Shown here piece after piece: positions 26,289 through 37,292 of a DNA stretch of 64,000 bases (position 1 is the stretch's first letter; every line of letters begins with the position of its first letter). This DNA comes from Candidatus Omnitrophota bacterium. GTDB lineage: Bacteria; Omnitrophota; Gorgyraeia; Zapsychrales; Fredricksoniimonadaceae. Under the pieces are notes generated by a model. The model was given only the letters and a program-made list of their open reading frames with translations. It ran no database searches and was not told where the DNA came from. Position numbers and translations under genes: made by a program. Location: NCBI GenBank assembly GCA_015233675.1, contig JADFXH010000002.1:206794-270793 (forward strand), given 5' to 3'.

Positions 26289-26588
26289 ATGCTACGTATA
26301 GGTATTGCTGCCAGTAAAATGTCCAAGCGGGGACTATTAAGCTACAATTTTTATGTTATTTTGATTGCTTGCATGGTTTCTTTTTTTATTTTTCTTATTT
26401 GTGGATTTGCTATCCTTCCGATTATTTTTTTGATTTCTTTGATCTTACATGCCTTGAAATTTACGGATAATCATGCTGGTTGGGTGCACATGTTTAAAAT
26501 TTGTTTGATTGTTTTATCTTTGGTGGTGGGTATTTTTAATATCATTGCGATCTTGAAAAATGTTCAATTTGCCAAGAATAAAATATGA
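26289..26588 (+). CDS. Small membrane protein (3 predicted TM)
   Basis: 99 aa, strongly hydrophobic. ATGA overlap with the downstream kinase gene. Confidence 0.45.
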   Translation: MLRIGIAASKMSKRGLLSYNFYVILIACMVSFFIFLICGFAILPIIFLISLILHALKFTDNHAGWVHMFKICLIVLSLVVGIFNIIAILKNVQFAKNKI

Positions 26589-28570
26589 AAAGAGCAAAAA
26601 CAATTAAAATTGAAGAACAGCTGGAGAAGGATCTTATTGAGTCCAAACGGCTTTTTAAGGTCGTTTTTGAACACTCTCCGGCTGCAATCACGATAACGGA
26701 CAGTCAGGGCCGTATCATCGCCTGCAATCCCACGGCCGAAAAGATGTTATGTACGACCAAGAGGGATTTATTCAACAAACCCATCAGCTTTTTGTTTCCA
26801 GCAGAAGAGTGGAAGATCCTGCGTTCATTGAGCAAGCGCTGTCGAGGAAAACTTTCAAACGTCATGACCAAGGTTCTTTGTAAAGACGGATCTTTGTTGG
26901 ATGTCAGTGCATCTACATCTGTTTTGAAAGACAGTCAAGGCAAGGACAGCGGGTCAATTGGTGTTTTTTATGATATTACCCGTGAGAAATTAGCTCAGCA
27001 TCAGATGCATGAGTCGGAAAATAAATTACGGATTATTTTAGATAATTCCGCTGCCGCCATCACTATGACAGATGAGAAAGAGCGAATTATTTCTTGGAAC
27101 AGTTTTACCGAAAAACTTTTTGGCATGAATGCCAAAGACCTTTATATGAGGCCGGTGCATAGCTTGTATCCACCGGAGGAATGGAAAATCATCCGTTCTT
27201 TAAACATCCGCCAAAGCGGGTTTATGCATCATGTGGAATCCAAGGCCATTCGCAAAGACGGTACGGTGATGGATGTGGATTTGTCGGTAAATATTCTTAA
27301 GGACGAGCAAGGAAAAATAATTGGTTCGGTGGGGATGCTTCAGGATATTACTGAAAGTAAGCGGGCCCATGAAATGATCTTGCAGGCTAAACTGGCCGCA
27401 GAAGAGGCTAATAACGCTAAAAGTGTTTTTTTGGCTAAAATGTCGCACGAGGTACGTACTCCGATGAACGCCATCATCGGTATGATTGATTTGACATTGG
27501 ATACCCCGTTGAATGAAGAGCAAAAAGATAATTTAAAAACAGCAAAAGACGCGGCAGATAATCTGTTAAGTCTGATTAATGATATTTTGGACCTCTCCCG
27601 TGCTCAGTCAGGTAAAGTAGTGATCGAAGAGATTGAAATCAATGTGCCGGACATCATTAAGAATGTGTGCAAAGGTTTGATGATTTTAGCGCGCAATAAA
27701 GGGGTTGATGTGGTCTGGTCTATTGATCCGGTAATCCCCCGGCTTTTGATAGGAGATCCGGTCAGGCTTCGTCAGGTCATCGTTAATCTGGTCAATAACG
27801 CTATCAAGTTTACTCATAAAGGCAAGGTGACGGTTAATGCGAAGATGAAATCAATCACGGAAAAAGACTGTGAAGTGGTCTTTGAAGTGATCGATAGCGG
27901 TATCGGGATACCTCCTCAAAATTTGCCATATATTTTTGATGTGTTTACCGATGCGCATAATGTTACTTCCCGGCGATATGGAGGCACCGGTTTGGGGCTG
28001 GCTATTTGTAAGAAAATCGTAGAGATGATGCGCGGGTCTATTGAAGTCGAGAGCCAAGAGGGTCAAGGCAGTGTATTTCGTTTTATTATTATTTTTGGCT
28101 TTAGACCGGATTTGATTGCAAATCCTGAAGTTGAACAGAAGCCTTCGTCAGAGGTCGAAGTCTCTTCGATGCCAGAAGAGTTGCGGCATTTGCGTATTTT
28201 GCTGGCGGAAGATAATATAGTCAATCAACGCATTGTTGTAAAAGTTTTGGAAAAATTGGGTTGGAAAGTAACGGCGGTTAATAATGGACAGGAAGCTCTA
28301 AACATATTAAACAATCAGACTTTTGATGTGATTCTGATGGATGACAGCATGCCTTTGCTCAGTGGTGTAGAGGCCACCCAGATCATCCGCAGGGAAGAAA
28401 AACAAACAGGCCAGCATGTGCCTATTATTGCTATGACGGCCAATGCCATGGTCGGGGACAGGGAAAAATATCTGGCATCAGGGATGGACGGGTATGTGTC
28501 CAAGCCTATTGACCGCAATTTGCTTTTTCAGGAAATTGTTGATCTTGTTAGCCAGCGGCTTAAAAATTAA
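26585..28570 (+). CDS. Hybrid sensor histidine kinase (2x PAS, HisKA, HATPase_c, receiver)
   Basis: Two PAS-like repeats (FEHSPAAITITD.., ILDNSAAAITMTD..). H-box MSHEVRTPMNAIIGM. N/G boxes NLVNNAIKFT, DSGIGI, GGTGLGLAI. Receiver ILLAEDN..DVILMDDSMP..KP. Confidence 0.9.
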   Translation: MKRAKTIKIEEQLEKDLIESKRLFKVVFEHSPAAITITDSQGRIIACNPTAEKMLCTTKRDLFNKPISFLFPAEEWKILRSLSKRCRGKLSNVMTKVLCKDGSLLDVSASTSVLKDSQGKDSGSIGVFYDITREKLAQHQMHESENKLRIILDNSAAAITMTDEKERIISWNSFTEKLFGMNAKDLYMRPVHSLYPPEEWKIIRSLNIRQSGFMHHVESKAIRKDGTVMDVDLSVNILKDEQGKIIGSVGMLQDITESKRAHEMILQAKLAAEEANNAKSVFLAKMSHEVRTPMNAIIGMIDLTLDTPLNEEQKDNLKTAKDAADNLLSLINDILDLSRAQSGKVVIEEIEINVPDIIKNVCKGLMILARNKGVDVVWSIDPVIPRLLIGDPVRLRQVIVNLVNNAIKFTHKGKVTVNAKMKSITEKDCEVVFEVIDSGIGIPPQNLPYIFDVFTDAHNVTSRRYGGTGLGLAICKKIVEMMRGSIEVESQEGQGSVFRFIIIFGFRPDLIANPEVEQKPSSEVEVSSMPEELRHLRILLAEDNIVNQRIVVKVLEKLGWKVTAVNNGQEALNILNNQTFDVILMDDSMPLLSGVEATQIIRREEKQTGQHVPIIAMTANAMVGDREKYLASGMDGYVSKPIDRNLLFQEIVDLVSQRLKN

Positions 28571-28596
28571 AAGTTGTAATTTAAAGAAAGGTGTTT

Positions 28597-28950
28597 ATGA
28601 GTGAAGAAATTATTGATTTAAAAGATGTTTTGGAACGAGTGCAAGATGACAAGGAATTACTTGCCGAACTTTTTGATATTTATCAGGAAGATTTCGTGAT
28701 TAAACGAAAAGCATTGGGGGAGGCTATTGCGGCTAATGATATTGCCAAAATCAAGGAAGTCGCCCATTCGATGAAAGGGTCTTCCGGGAATATTTCTGCC
28801 AAGCCCTTGCACGCGGCGTGCCTCAAATTGGAGATGTTGGCCAAAGAAGGAAAAACTGACGGGATGCTGGAGGTTGTTGTCGATATTGACGGGTATTTTG
28901 AAAGAATTAAAGTCTTTGCCGCTCGTTTTAAAAAGGAGTTGGCTGCCTGA
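28597..28950 (+). CDS. Hpt phosphotransfer protein
   Basis: HSMKGSSGNISA phospho-histidine motif. About 117 aa, predicted all-helical. Confidence 0.85.
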   Translation: MSEEIIDLKDVLERVQDDKELLAELFDIYQEDFVIKRKALGEAIAANDIAKIKEVAHSMKGSSGNISAKPLHAACLKLEMLAKEGKTDGMLEVVVDIDGYFERIKVFAARFKKELAA

Positions 28951-30515
28951 TGCCGGGCCAGAGCTTTTTTGCGCTGATCTTCTTTGGGCTGCTTGCTTTT
29001 TTTAATTCTATCCGGCATCCCTTTGTGCATGATGATGTCGTTTTTATCCTCAAGAATCCGCATATCACCAGGCTTGAGCTTTGGTTTGAGGCTTTTAAAG
29101 TGCCGGCGGTATCTGGCGGCATTAATACTTATTACCGTCCCGTTTTAGAAATTCTTTATCGTTTAGAATATCATTTTTTTGGCCCCCATCCTTTGGGGTT
29201 TCATTTATTTAATTGTTTAGTACACGTTATTAACGGGCTGTTGATTTTTTCTTTACTGCAAAAATTGAGTTTGCCCAAGACTACAGCCTGGGTGATAGCC
29301 TTATTATTTTTAATTCACCCGGTGCAAACGGAAGCGGTCAGCTGCATTTCCGGTATTTCGAATCTTTGGATGGCTTTCGGAGTCCTGTTAGCTTTAAATG
29401 CTTATTTAAACAAATGGTATGCGGCCAGTCTCTTTTGTTTTGTGATGGCTTTTTTAAGTAAAGAGCAAGCTGTGATGTTTGTCCCTCTAGTGATGGTCAT
29501 TGATTGCAACCGGGGAGTTAAGAATTACCGTTCGTGGGTCTCTTGGGGCTTCGTTCTTTGTGTCTTATTGGGACTACGCCAGAGCGTTACAGGCGTATCA
29601 TTGCTCAAAAATATAATGGCTTCTCCCGGGGAATTCTATTTACGCTTGGCCGCTATCCCCAGAGTCATAGGGACGGATTTGCGTTTGATATTTTGTCCGT
29701 ATGATCTTCATTATTATCGCAGTACGGATATTTTGCAGCCAAATTTTGTTTCATGGATACTGGCTTTAATATCCTTGTTGGGTATTTTTTATGTCCTTAG
29801 GCGTTGGCCTCAGAGACGATCGACGTTGTTTCTTGGCCTTGGATGGTTCCTTGCGGCACTTTCCCCGGTGTTAAATATCGCTCCGTTGGTCAATGAGTAT
29901 TCATTTATTTTGACCCCGGAGCATTTTTTATATTTACCTATAATAGGTGTTTGGATTGTAGTTGTCATTGCTGCTGATTCTTTTATAAAACATTTTAAAA
30001 AGCCTCTGTTAGGCGGTATTGTCAGTTTGTGCCTTTTATTAACATGGCATCAAAATACCTTTTGGGGAAGCGAGATATCTTTATTCGAACGCATGCTGCG
30101 TTATGAACCCAATTTTGGCCGGGGGCATTTACTTTTGGCCAAGGCTTATTATTTTAACGGCCGTCCGGAGCGCGCAGACGGACATTTTGAGAAATCTTTT
30201 ACGATCCTCTCTGGCTATGAGAAAAAGGTGACCAATATAATGGCAGAAAAGTATTATTTAGGAATTATGAAAGAAATATTATTCGACTGGGCCCAAAATG
30301 ATTGCTTGATGGGGCGTTGGGAGAGAGGGTTGGGTAAGTACAAGCGGGCGGCGATCATAGATGGGAAAGACGCGTCGTTGTATAACAATATGGCTTTTGT
30401 CTATCTTCACATGGGGGACAAAAAAGATGCCTATTTGAGCCTTGAGCAAGCATTACGCGTTGACCCTTCATTTGCCCAAGCCAGGATTAATTTACAACAA
30501 TTAGGTCATCCATAG
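28950..30515 (+). CDS. Polytopic membrane protein with C-terminal TPR repeats (TMTC/PMT-like GT-C candidate)
   Basis: N-terminal motif HPFVHDDVVFI..N, YYRP segment, about 10 TM, then TPR-like AKAYYFNGRPERADGHFEKS.. and NMAFVYLHMGDKKDAYLSLEQALRVDPSFAQA. Confidence 0.6.
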   Translation: MPGQSFFALIFFGLLAFFNSIRHPFVHDDVVFILKNPHITRLELWFEAFKVPAVSGGINTYYRPVLEILYRLEYHFFGPHPLGFHLFNCLVHVINGLLIFSLLQKLSLPKTTAWVIALLFLIHPVQTEAVSCISGISNLWMAFGVLLALNAYLNKWYAASLFCFVMAFLSKEQAVMFVPLVMVIDCNRGVKNYRSWVSWGFVLCVLLGLRQSVTGVSLLKNIMASPGEFYLRLAAIPRVIGTDLRLIFCPYDLHYYRSTDILQPNFVSWILALISLLGIFYVLRRWPQRRSTLFLGLGWFLAALSPVLNIAPLVNEYSFILTPEHFLYLPIIGVWIVVVIAADSFIKHFKKPLLGGIVSLCLLLTWHQNTFWGSEISLFERMLRYEPNFGRGHLLLAKAYYFNGRPERADGHFEKSFTILSGYEKKVTNIMAEKYYLGIMKEILFDWAQNDCLMGRWERGLGKYKRAAIIDGKDASLYNNMAFVYLHMGDKKDAYLSLEQALRVDPSFAQARINLQQLGHP

Positions 30516-30643
30516 AGCTATCCTCATAAGTACCTTTAATCGCCTTTGCCTTTCGTTGTATTCTATGGTACTTTTATATGTCGTGTGTCGTGATAAATAT
30601 ATACGTTCATTTAAAGATAAGAACAAATATGTAAGGATGCGAT

Positions 30644-31336
30644 ATGTTTTGGATCATTGTTTTTAGTTTTGCTGTCTTAATGGCTTTGGCCATTGTTATA
30701 TACATGTTGCCTTCGGATCCGGTAGTTAAAGCCAAAAAGAAAAAAGAAAAAAGGGCGCTCTTGGCGACAGACGCTTTGGCCGTTGACACAAGTAAAGACT
30801 GGAAGTCCATTGCCGAGCGCTGGGAGAAGCATAATCAATCCTTGCTGGGTGAAATTGAAAAAATGAAAGCGGACCAAAAGAAATTCCAGCAAATAATAGA
30901 CGAGCGCAAGCTTGAGGAAAAGGATCTGGTTGAAAAATTGGCACTTGAAAAAAGCTGGCGTGAGAAAGAACAGGGGACCCTTGAGAAATTCAAGCATCAT
31001 GAAAAAGATTTAAAAGACCAGATTTATCGCACGGAAGGCGATTTAGAAAAAGAACACTCCAATCGTCTGCGTTTGGAAAGGGAATTACAGGAAATTAAGA
31101 TCAAGCATGAACAAATTATCGAAGAAAAACGGCAGTTGTCCGTCAAGTCCGGCAGCCAGCAAGCCACCCTTGAATCCAATGCCAAGGAAATTCGGGAATT
31201 AAAGTCGGAGAATGCCCGGCTTAAAGAAAAACGTGAAGATGTTCAATGGGTGACTAAAGGCGAATTTGATGAGTTAAAGAAAGCTTTTGCGGCCAAAGAG
31301 CAGGAGCTTACCCGTCTTAAACAAAACCATGGATAA
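30644..31336 (+). CDS. Membrane-anchored coiled-coil protein
   Basis: One N-terminal TM, then K/E-rich heptad-like sequence throughout. 230 aa. Confidence 0.5.
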   Translation: MFWIIVFSFAVLMALAIVIYMLPSDPVVKAKKKKEKRALLATDALAVDTSKDWKSIAERWEKHNQSLLGEIEKMKADQKKFQQIIDERKLEEKDLVEKLALEKSWREKEQGTLEKFKHHEKDLKDQIYRTEGDLEKEHSNRLRLERELQEIKIKHEQIIEEKRQLSVKSGSQQATLESNAKEIRELKSENARLKEKREDVQWVTKGEFDELKKAFAAKEQELTRLKQNHG

Positions 31337-32498
31337 ATTTCGTTTTGCTTACCGGACTAATTGGCGCCAGGAGACTAACGCCTTAAATAAGGCTCTTGAA
31401 GAGCTTGAAAGCCGGCATATCCCCGTAATGGATTTAACAGCTTCTAATCCGACTGTTTGCGGGTTTGTGTTCTCTGATGAAATGCTTTCCGCTTTAAATG
31501 TGCCCGAAAACCTCCGCTACCAGCCAGATGCATGCGGCATGAGAAAAGCTCGCCAGGCGGTAGCTGATCATTATGCCCGTCAAAAGGTGTTTTTGTCTCC
31601 GGGCGACATTATTTTAACCGCCAGCACCTCTGAAGCTTATTCGTTTTTAATGAGGCTTTTGGTCAATCCAGGTGAAAAGATTTTAATACCACGCCCCAGC
31701 TACCCTTTATTTCAATTTTTACTAGAGATCAATGATGTCAATTTCGATTATTATCCGCTTCATTACGACGGGCATTGGCGTATAGATTATCAGGCCTTGG
31801 AACGCTGTGTGGACTCTAAAACCAAGGCCATTATTTTGGTTAATCCCAATAATCCAACGGGTTCTTTTGTCAGCACATCGGAATTAAATGCTTTAAATGA
31901 AATTTGCCGCAATCATCAAATGGCCATAATTTCTGATGAAGTTTTCTTTGAATATTCCTTAAGCCCTGCTGATGCTGTCAGTTGTGCCGGCAATCAGGCA
32001 GTATTGACTTTTGCATTAGGGGGATTGTCAAAAACACTGGCTCTCCCGCAGATGAAGTGTGCCTGGATTTTAGCTTCCGGCCCTCAATTAGTTTTACAGG
32101 AATCATTAGACCGTTTAGAGATCATTTCAGACACTTATTTGTCTATCAATACGCCGGTGCAGAATGCGTTGAGCTTATGGCTTGACCATGCTCCAGAAAT
32201 TCAGGAGCAGATCATCTTCAGGGTCAAAGAAAATTGGCAATGGCTCAAAGCTCATTTGAGTGAGCACACTGAATTGTTATCTCTTCAGGGGGGCTGGTAT
32301 GTGACTTTGCGCATTCCAGCAGTTAAATCAGAAGAAGAATGGGTGTTGGAGTTTTTAAAGGAAGATCATGTATTGGTATATCCCGGTTATTTCTTTGATT
32401 TTGAGCGGGAGGCTTATATTGTTTTGAGTTTATTGCCTCCGGCGCCTATTTTTCAAGAGGCCGCCGGGCGTATCTTAAGCAGGCTGGCTAGAATATAA
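31329..32498 (+). CDS. Class I/II PLP-dependent aminotransferase
   Basis: ILVNPNNPTG, ISDEVF, and PLP-lysine context GGLSKTLALPQMKCAW. Confidence 0.8.
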   Translation: MDKFRFAYRTNWRQETNALNKALEELESRHIPVMDLTASNPTVCGFVFSDEMLSALNVPENLRYQPDACGMRKARQAVADHYARQKVFLSPGDIILTASTSEAYSFLMRLLVNPGEKILIPRPSYPLFQFLLEINDVNFDYYPLHYDGHWRIDYQALERCVDSKTKAIILVNPNNPTGSFVSTSELNALNEICRNHQMAIISDEVFFEYSLSPADAVSCAGNQAVLTFALGGLSKTLALPQMKCAWILASGPQLVLQESLDRLEIISDTYLSINTPVQNALSLWLDHAPEIQEQIIFRVKENWQWLKAHLSEHTELLSLQGGWYVTLRIPAVKSEEEWVLEFLKEDHVLVYPGYFFDFEREAYIVLSLLPPAPIFQEAAGRILSRLARI

Positions 32499-32560
32499 AA
32501 TTAAGTCGAAAAATTTCACAATGCAGAAAGAATTTGTTACTATAACAGAGAGGATAATTT

Positions 32561-33034
32561 ATGGCTAAAAGACCTAATTGGGACGAATATTTTTTGAAAC
32601 TGGCGATGCTGGCTTCTGAACGATCCACCTGTCCGCGTATGCATTGCGGCACGGTGTTAGTTAAGAATAAAAATGTCATCGCCACGGGATACAACGGATC
32701 TATACCAGGTGATGAGCATTGCGAGGATGTGGGATGTTTGGTGGTAGAGAATCACTGTGTGCGTACGGTACACGCTGAGATGAATGCTATAGTCCAGGCG
32801 GCCAGAAGGGGCCATGCCGTTGATGACGCGACTGCCTATGTGACTAATATGCCCTGCACCACTTGCGCCAAAGCCCTGATTGCGGCTGGAGTTAAAAGGG
32901 TGGTGGTATTTTCTGATTATCACGACACCATGGCCACTGATTTCTTCGCCAAGGCCGAGGTTATCATTGATCGCATTGAAATGCCTGATAAATTGATTCA
33001 TTATGATCTTAAGAATTATTCTTCAGCCCGATGA
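32561..33034 (+). CDS. dCMP/cytidylate deaminase (ComEB-like)
   Basis: Zinc motifs VHAEMNAI and PCTTCAKAL. 157 aa. Confidence 0.88.
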   Translation: MAKRPNWDEYFLKLAMLASERSTCPRMHCGTVLVKNKNVIATGYNGSIPGDEHCEDVGCLVVENHCVRTVHAEMNAIVQAARRGHAVDDATAYVTNMPCTTCAKALIAAGVKRVVVFSDYHDTMATDFFAKAEVIIDRIEMPDKLIHYDLKNYSSAR

Positions 33035-33429
33035 GCTCACATCCGATCAGAATATTGGTAGCTGATGATGAAGACATGGTCCTTGAGATCATGGCCAAAA
33101 AAATCGCTTCCCAGGATTATGAGGTCGTTACAGCGAGAGACGGACAGGAGGCGTGGACTAAGATCGTCTCAGACCTGCCCGACATCATTATTTTAGACCT
33201 GAATATGCCTAAAATGGATGGATGGGCTCTGCTAAGCCGTTTACGGCATAATCCTCCGACTAAAAGATGGCAGCCAGTCATTATCGTCTCAGCTCAGAAC
33301 GAATTAGAGAATTTCAAAAAAGGTATAATTTTGGAAGCTGATCATTATTTGACTAAACCTTGTCCGATTGAAGATATCTTAAAAGCCATACGTGTGATGC
33401 TCTCCTTGATCCCTCAGCATAATATATAA
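33031..33429 (+). CDS. Single-domain response regulator (CheY-like)
   Basis: ILVADDEDMV..., DIIILDLNMPKMDG, VSAQ, LTKP. Confidence 0.88.
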   Translation: MSSHPIRILVADDEDMVLEIMAKKIASQDYEVVTARDGQEAWTKIVSDLPDIIILDLNMPKMDGWALLSRLRHNPPTKRWQPVIIVSAQNELENFKKGIILEADHYLTKPCPIEDILKAIRVMLSLIPQHNI

Positions 33430-33434
33430 AGGCC

Positions 33435-34253
33435 ATGCCTAAAATATTGATCTCTATTTTAATGATTTTTGCGGCTATATCGGCGGGGATATTTGTTTTA
33501 GTCCGTTATTTAGAAGCTATTGGCATATTCTTTCCAAGCCGTGACATGGCTGTTAATCCACCAGTGATGGGATTGCCTTGGGAGGATGTTTATTTTAAAT
33601 CCAAGGATAATGTTACGGTTAACGGCTGGTTTTTTAAGAATCCTCATGCGAAGTCCACTCTTTTATTCGCCCATGGCAATGCCGGTAATATGAGCGACAG
33701 ATTGTTTAAGATTAAATTCTTTTATGATCTGGGATTAAACATATTTATTTTTGACTACAGGGGCTATGGTAAAAGTGAAGGAAAACCGTCGGAGGCAGGC
33801 ATTTATTTGGATGCGCAGGGCGCCTATGATTATCTTCGATCGCGAGGGGATGTGAATATGAGCAATATTATCCTCTATGGCGCTTCATTAGGCGGTGCGG
33901 TGGTTATAGACTTGGCCACCCAAAGGAATGCGGCTTTTTTAGTAGTAGAGTCGTCCATTACAAATGCTCAAGACATGGCTAAGATTTTGTATCCCTTTCT
34001 CCCTTCTTTTTTCCTTAGCCTCAAATTTAATTCAATTGACAAGGTAAGGCAGATGAGTGTCCCTAAATTGTTTATACATAGCCTCGAGGATCAAGTTGTC
34101 CCGTATTGGGTCGGCGAAAAACTTTATTTAGCCGCAGGTGAGCCAAAAGAATTCTTAAAAATACATGGCGGGCATAATGATGGGTCCATTTCTAATGATC
34201 CGTCAGCCGCGGCAGAATTTATACGGTTATTAAAAAGGAAGGATTTGTTATGA
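33435..34253 (+). CDS. Alpha/beta hydrolase with N-terminal membrane anchor
   Basis: HGNAGN oxyanion region, nucleophile elbow YGASLGG, C-terminal HGGHND. Confidence 0.8.
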   Translation: MPKILISILMIFAAISAGIFVLVRYLEAIGIFFPSRDMAVNPPVMGLPWEDVYFKSKDNVTVNGWFFKNPHAKSTLLFAHGNAGNMSDRLFKIKFFYDLGLNIFIFDYRGYGKSEGKPSEAGIYLDAQGAYDYLRSRGDVNMSNIILYGASLGGAVVIDLATQRNAAFLVVESSITNAQDMAKILYPFLPSFFLSLKFNSIDKVRQMSVPKLFIHSLEDQVVPYWVGEKLYLAAGEPKEFLKIHGGHNDGSISNDPSAAAEFIRLLKRKDLL

Positions 34254-35425
34254 ACAAGGCGTTTTTAAAAAGGCATAAAACATCTATTTTGGACGGGCAG
34301 GGCAAGCCGGTGCATCTTAAAGGGGTTAATTTCGGCGGTTGGCTGATGATGGAAGCCTATTTTGTATACGCGCCAAATTTGGCCCAGCAGGTATTTGAAA
34401 AAGAATTCTCCAAACAATGCACAGACAAAGCTTTGAGCGAACTTAAGGGAAAGTTCAGGGACAATTTTATAACAGAAACTGATTTCAGCCAGGTGGCCGG
34501 CTGGGGGATGAATTGTATTCGCCTCCCGTTTCATTATAAGGTTGGGGCTGATGACAGTGCTGTTTCGTATTTGGATCAGGCTATTGTTTGGGCGCGGAAA
34601 TATAAAGTCTATTTAATATTGGATTTGCACGCGGCATACGGCGCGCAAAACCCTGATTGGCATTCTGACAGTTTGAATGGAAAGACAGAGTTGTGGACAA
34701 AACGATCTAATCGTCAAAAAACTTATGCGTTATGGGAAAAGTTAGCCGACCGCTACAAAGATGAGGAAATTGTTGCGGGCTACGATGTCCTTAACGAGGC
34801 GGTATTGCCGGATGCCGGTTTATTAAATGAATTTTACCGTGAATCCATCAAAGCCATACGCCGTTTTGACAAAAATCATATCTTGTTTATTGAAGGCAAA
34901 CATTGGGCCCAGCAGATCGATGTTTTAGATGATTTCGCTGATGACAATTGGGTGTATAGCATCCATTTTTATGAACCAGCTGAGTTTGTTTTTAATCTGG
35001 TGCCGTTTACGCGTTATCCTATGGCTATCTGTGACAAAGACTCCCTGCGCCGCCGCATGGAAGGCTATTTTCTTTTTGCCCAAAAAAAACAGCGTCCGGT
35101 TCATGTGGGAGAATTCGGCGTTAATTACCGTCAGGGCCTTTATAACGAGCATTTATATCTTCAAGATGAGCTTAAATGCTTTAATGATTTTGGTTTCCAT
35201 TGGAATTATTGGACATATAAAGCCGTCAAAAATCATATGTTCCCTGATGGTATTTATAGCTATTACCCCAATAGCGCCTGGGTGAATCGCCAGGGACCCA
35301 AATCCGGCTGGCACACTTGGGGGCAATTATGGGCCGGGCATAAAAAAGAGATGGCCGCTTCCTGGCGCACTAAAGCCTTTAGCCTTAATACCCATGTGAT
35401 TGAACAACTTAAAAAAGCTGTTTGA
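34250..35425 (+). CDS. Glycoside hydrolase family 5 (cellulase-like)
   Basis: KGVNFGGWL, acid/base YDVLNEA, nucleophile context HVGEFG, trailing WNYWTYK. Confidence 0.8.
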   Translation: MNKAFLKRHKTSILDGQGKPVHLKGVNFGGWLMMEAYFVYAPNLAQQVFEKEFSKQCTDKALSELKGKFRDNFITETDFSQVAGWGMNCIRLPFHYKVGADDSAVSYLDQAIVWARKYKVYLILDLHAAYGAQNPDWHSDSLNGKTELWTKRSNRQKTYALWEKLADRYKDEEIVAGYDVLNEAVLPDAGLLNEFYRESIKAIRRFDKNHILFIEGKHWAQQIDVLDDFADDNWVYSIHFYEPAEFVFNLVPFTRYPMAICDKDSLRRRMEGYFLFAQKKQRPVHVGEFGVNYRQGLYNEHLYLQDELKCFNDFGFHWNYWTYKAVKNHMFPDGIYSYYPNSAWVNRQGPKSGWHTWGQLWAGHKKEMAASWRTKAFSLNTHVIEQLKKAV

Positions 35426-35441
35426 TCTAACTATAGTGGTT

Positions 35442-37274
35442 ATGAAATTTTCATATTTAAGAACAAATAAATTTCAAAAATTCATCCTTTTATGCGCGGG
35501 ATTATTTATTTTTTTGTTTTTCTTTAATCCTATCGAGACCGGAGATGTTTGGTGGCATTTAAGTACGGGTAAATGGATTGTGGATCATTGGCAAGTCCCC
35601 CATGAAGATGTTTTTCCGTTCGCCCATGAAAAAACGCCTTGGTTATGTAATAATGAATGGCTTGGGAGCCTGCTCTTGTACTTGATTGTTAAAACAGGAG
35701 GGCTCCTTGGTTTAAAGGTCTTTCGGTCATTATTTTTTGTTTTTATTATCGGTATTTTATTTTTTTATTCCTGCAGGCGCCTGCCTTTTTCACTCTTAAT
35801 AATCCTTATTTTGCTGGAAACTTTCGGGATCGCTAACCGCGGATTTCTCAGGCCTGATATTTTCAATATCCTTTTTATCCAAATTCTTTTTATATCTCTT
35901 TTTGATTATGAGGATAGCGGAAATTGCAAAAAACTTTGGGCTTTACCCGTTTTAAGTCTTATTTGGTTTAATATTCATTTAGGAGGTTTTATATATAGCC
36001 TGTTATTGCTATTTATTTTTTTCCTGTCGGCGTGTATTCGGTATTTTAATTTGAATTCAGGGCATTGTAATGCTGGTGAAAGATTAAATGCAAAGATACA
36101 AATAAAAAGTTTGGCATTAACGGCTTTTGGCTGTCTGGCCGGTTTTATTTTTAATCCTTATGGAATAGAAGGTTTTTTATATCCTTTTAAGGTTTTTTTA
36201 CAGCCCAATTTTATCGGTTATTATAAATTGACTACTTTAGTTTCAGAAATGCAGCCTCCGGGGTATCTTTTTACTTCCTTTCATTTCTTTTATTATTTTA
36301 TATTGTTGGCGGCTGGGGTTCTGGTTATTTTCTTTAATAAGAAGAATAATTTTACTTTTATCATTCTACTATTATTTTCACTAGGAGCCTTTTTTTACAT
36401 GCAAAGAAACTCATATTTCTTCTCTTTGGTTTGCGCTTATGTGATCGCAGCCGGGGCTAAACGGATAAATTTTAATGATGTTTGGCGGTCTTTGCGTTGC
36501 GTTAAGCTCATTGAAGGGGTTCTATTTACGGGCATTGTCCTTTTTTTATTAATTCAGATTATCAGTCTTTGGTTTCAAAAAAGTTATTATAACGGACAGT
36601 TAGTAAATACTCGTTCTCTCATAGTTTCTCCTGTCAGTGAGGCCCCTATTAAATTATTGATAAAACATAAAATAACAGGCCCTGTTTTTGATTCAGATAT
36701 ACTTGGCGGGCAAATAATTTGGTTAGGATATCCTGATTTAAGGCCTTTTGTTGACGGGCGTAATAGTTCCAAAGAAAGATTGAATAATGCCATGGCTATT
36801 TTGTATCACCCCAAAGAAGTTTGGCCGACGGCTCAAAGAGATTACAATTTTAAAATTGTTATTTTGAACTCATTTAGCGATTCAGAATTGTCATTACTTA
36901 AATATCTCGGCACTCAGGCCACATGGCAATTAATCTCTGTTAATGGCCTTTATGTGACTTATGTAAAAAGGGGAGAGTTTAAATTGTCTAAAGAATTAGA
37001 TAATTTTGAAGAATTTTTAAAAACACATGATGTTTCCGGAAATGACCTGCGAAGTCTTAAGAGTTTAGCAGGGGGAACAAATCCTTCGGTGTTAAAAGAA
37101 ATCTTTCTTCCCTCTGCTGATAATAATGGCTTATATTTAAATTTTGTCTCATTATACCGTCTTGGGTTTACGGGAGCTGCGGTTGAAAATCTGGTTAAAG
37201 CATCGAAGGCAGGTGATCGGGCCCAGGTACGAAATACAGCTGTTTTTGTTTTGAAACAATTAAATATGAAATAG
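35442..37274 (+). CDS. Large polytopic membrane protein (GT-C-like, unknown specificity)
   Basis: More than 12 hydrophobic spans followed by a soluble C-terminal domain. ATG 35442 preferred over TTG 35400. Confidence 0.5.
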   Translation: MKFSYLRTNKFQKFILLCAGLFIFLFFFNPIETGDVWWHLSTGKWIVDHWQVPHEDVFPFAHEKTPWLCNNEWLGSLLLYLIVKTGGLLGLKVFRSLFFVFIIGILFFYSCRRLPFSLLIILILLETFGIANRGFLRPDIFNILFIQILFISLFDYEDSGNCKKLWALPVLSLIWFNIHLGGFIYSLLLLFIFFLSACIRYFNLNSGHCNAGERLNAKIQIKSLALTAFGCLAGFIFNPYGIEGFLYPFKVFLQPNFIGYYKLTTLVSEMQPPGYLFTSFHFFYYFILLAAGVLVIFFNKKNNFTFIILLLFSLGAFFYMQRNSYFFSLVCAYVIAAGAKRINFNDVWRSLRCVKLIEGVLFTGIVLFLLIQIISLWFQKSYYNGQLVNTRSLIVSPVSEAPIKLLIKHKITGPVFDSDILGGQIIWLGYPDLRPFVDGRNSSKERLNNAMAILYHPKEVWPTAQRDYNFKIVILNSFSDSELSLLKYLGTQATWQLISVNGLYVTYVKRGEFKLSKELDNFEEFLKTHDVSGNDLRSLKSLAGGTNPSVLKEIFLPSADNNGLYLNFVSLYRLGFTGAAVENLVKASKAGDRAQVRNTAVFVLKQLNMK

Positions 37275-37292
37275 TATAAACGGACTTTTAGT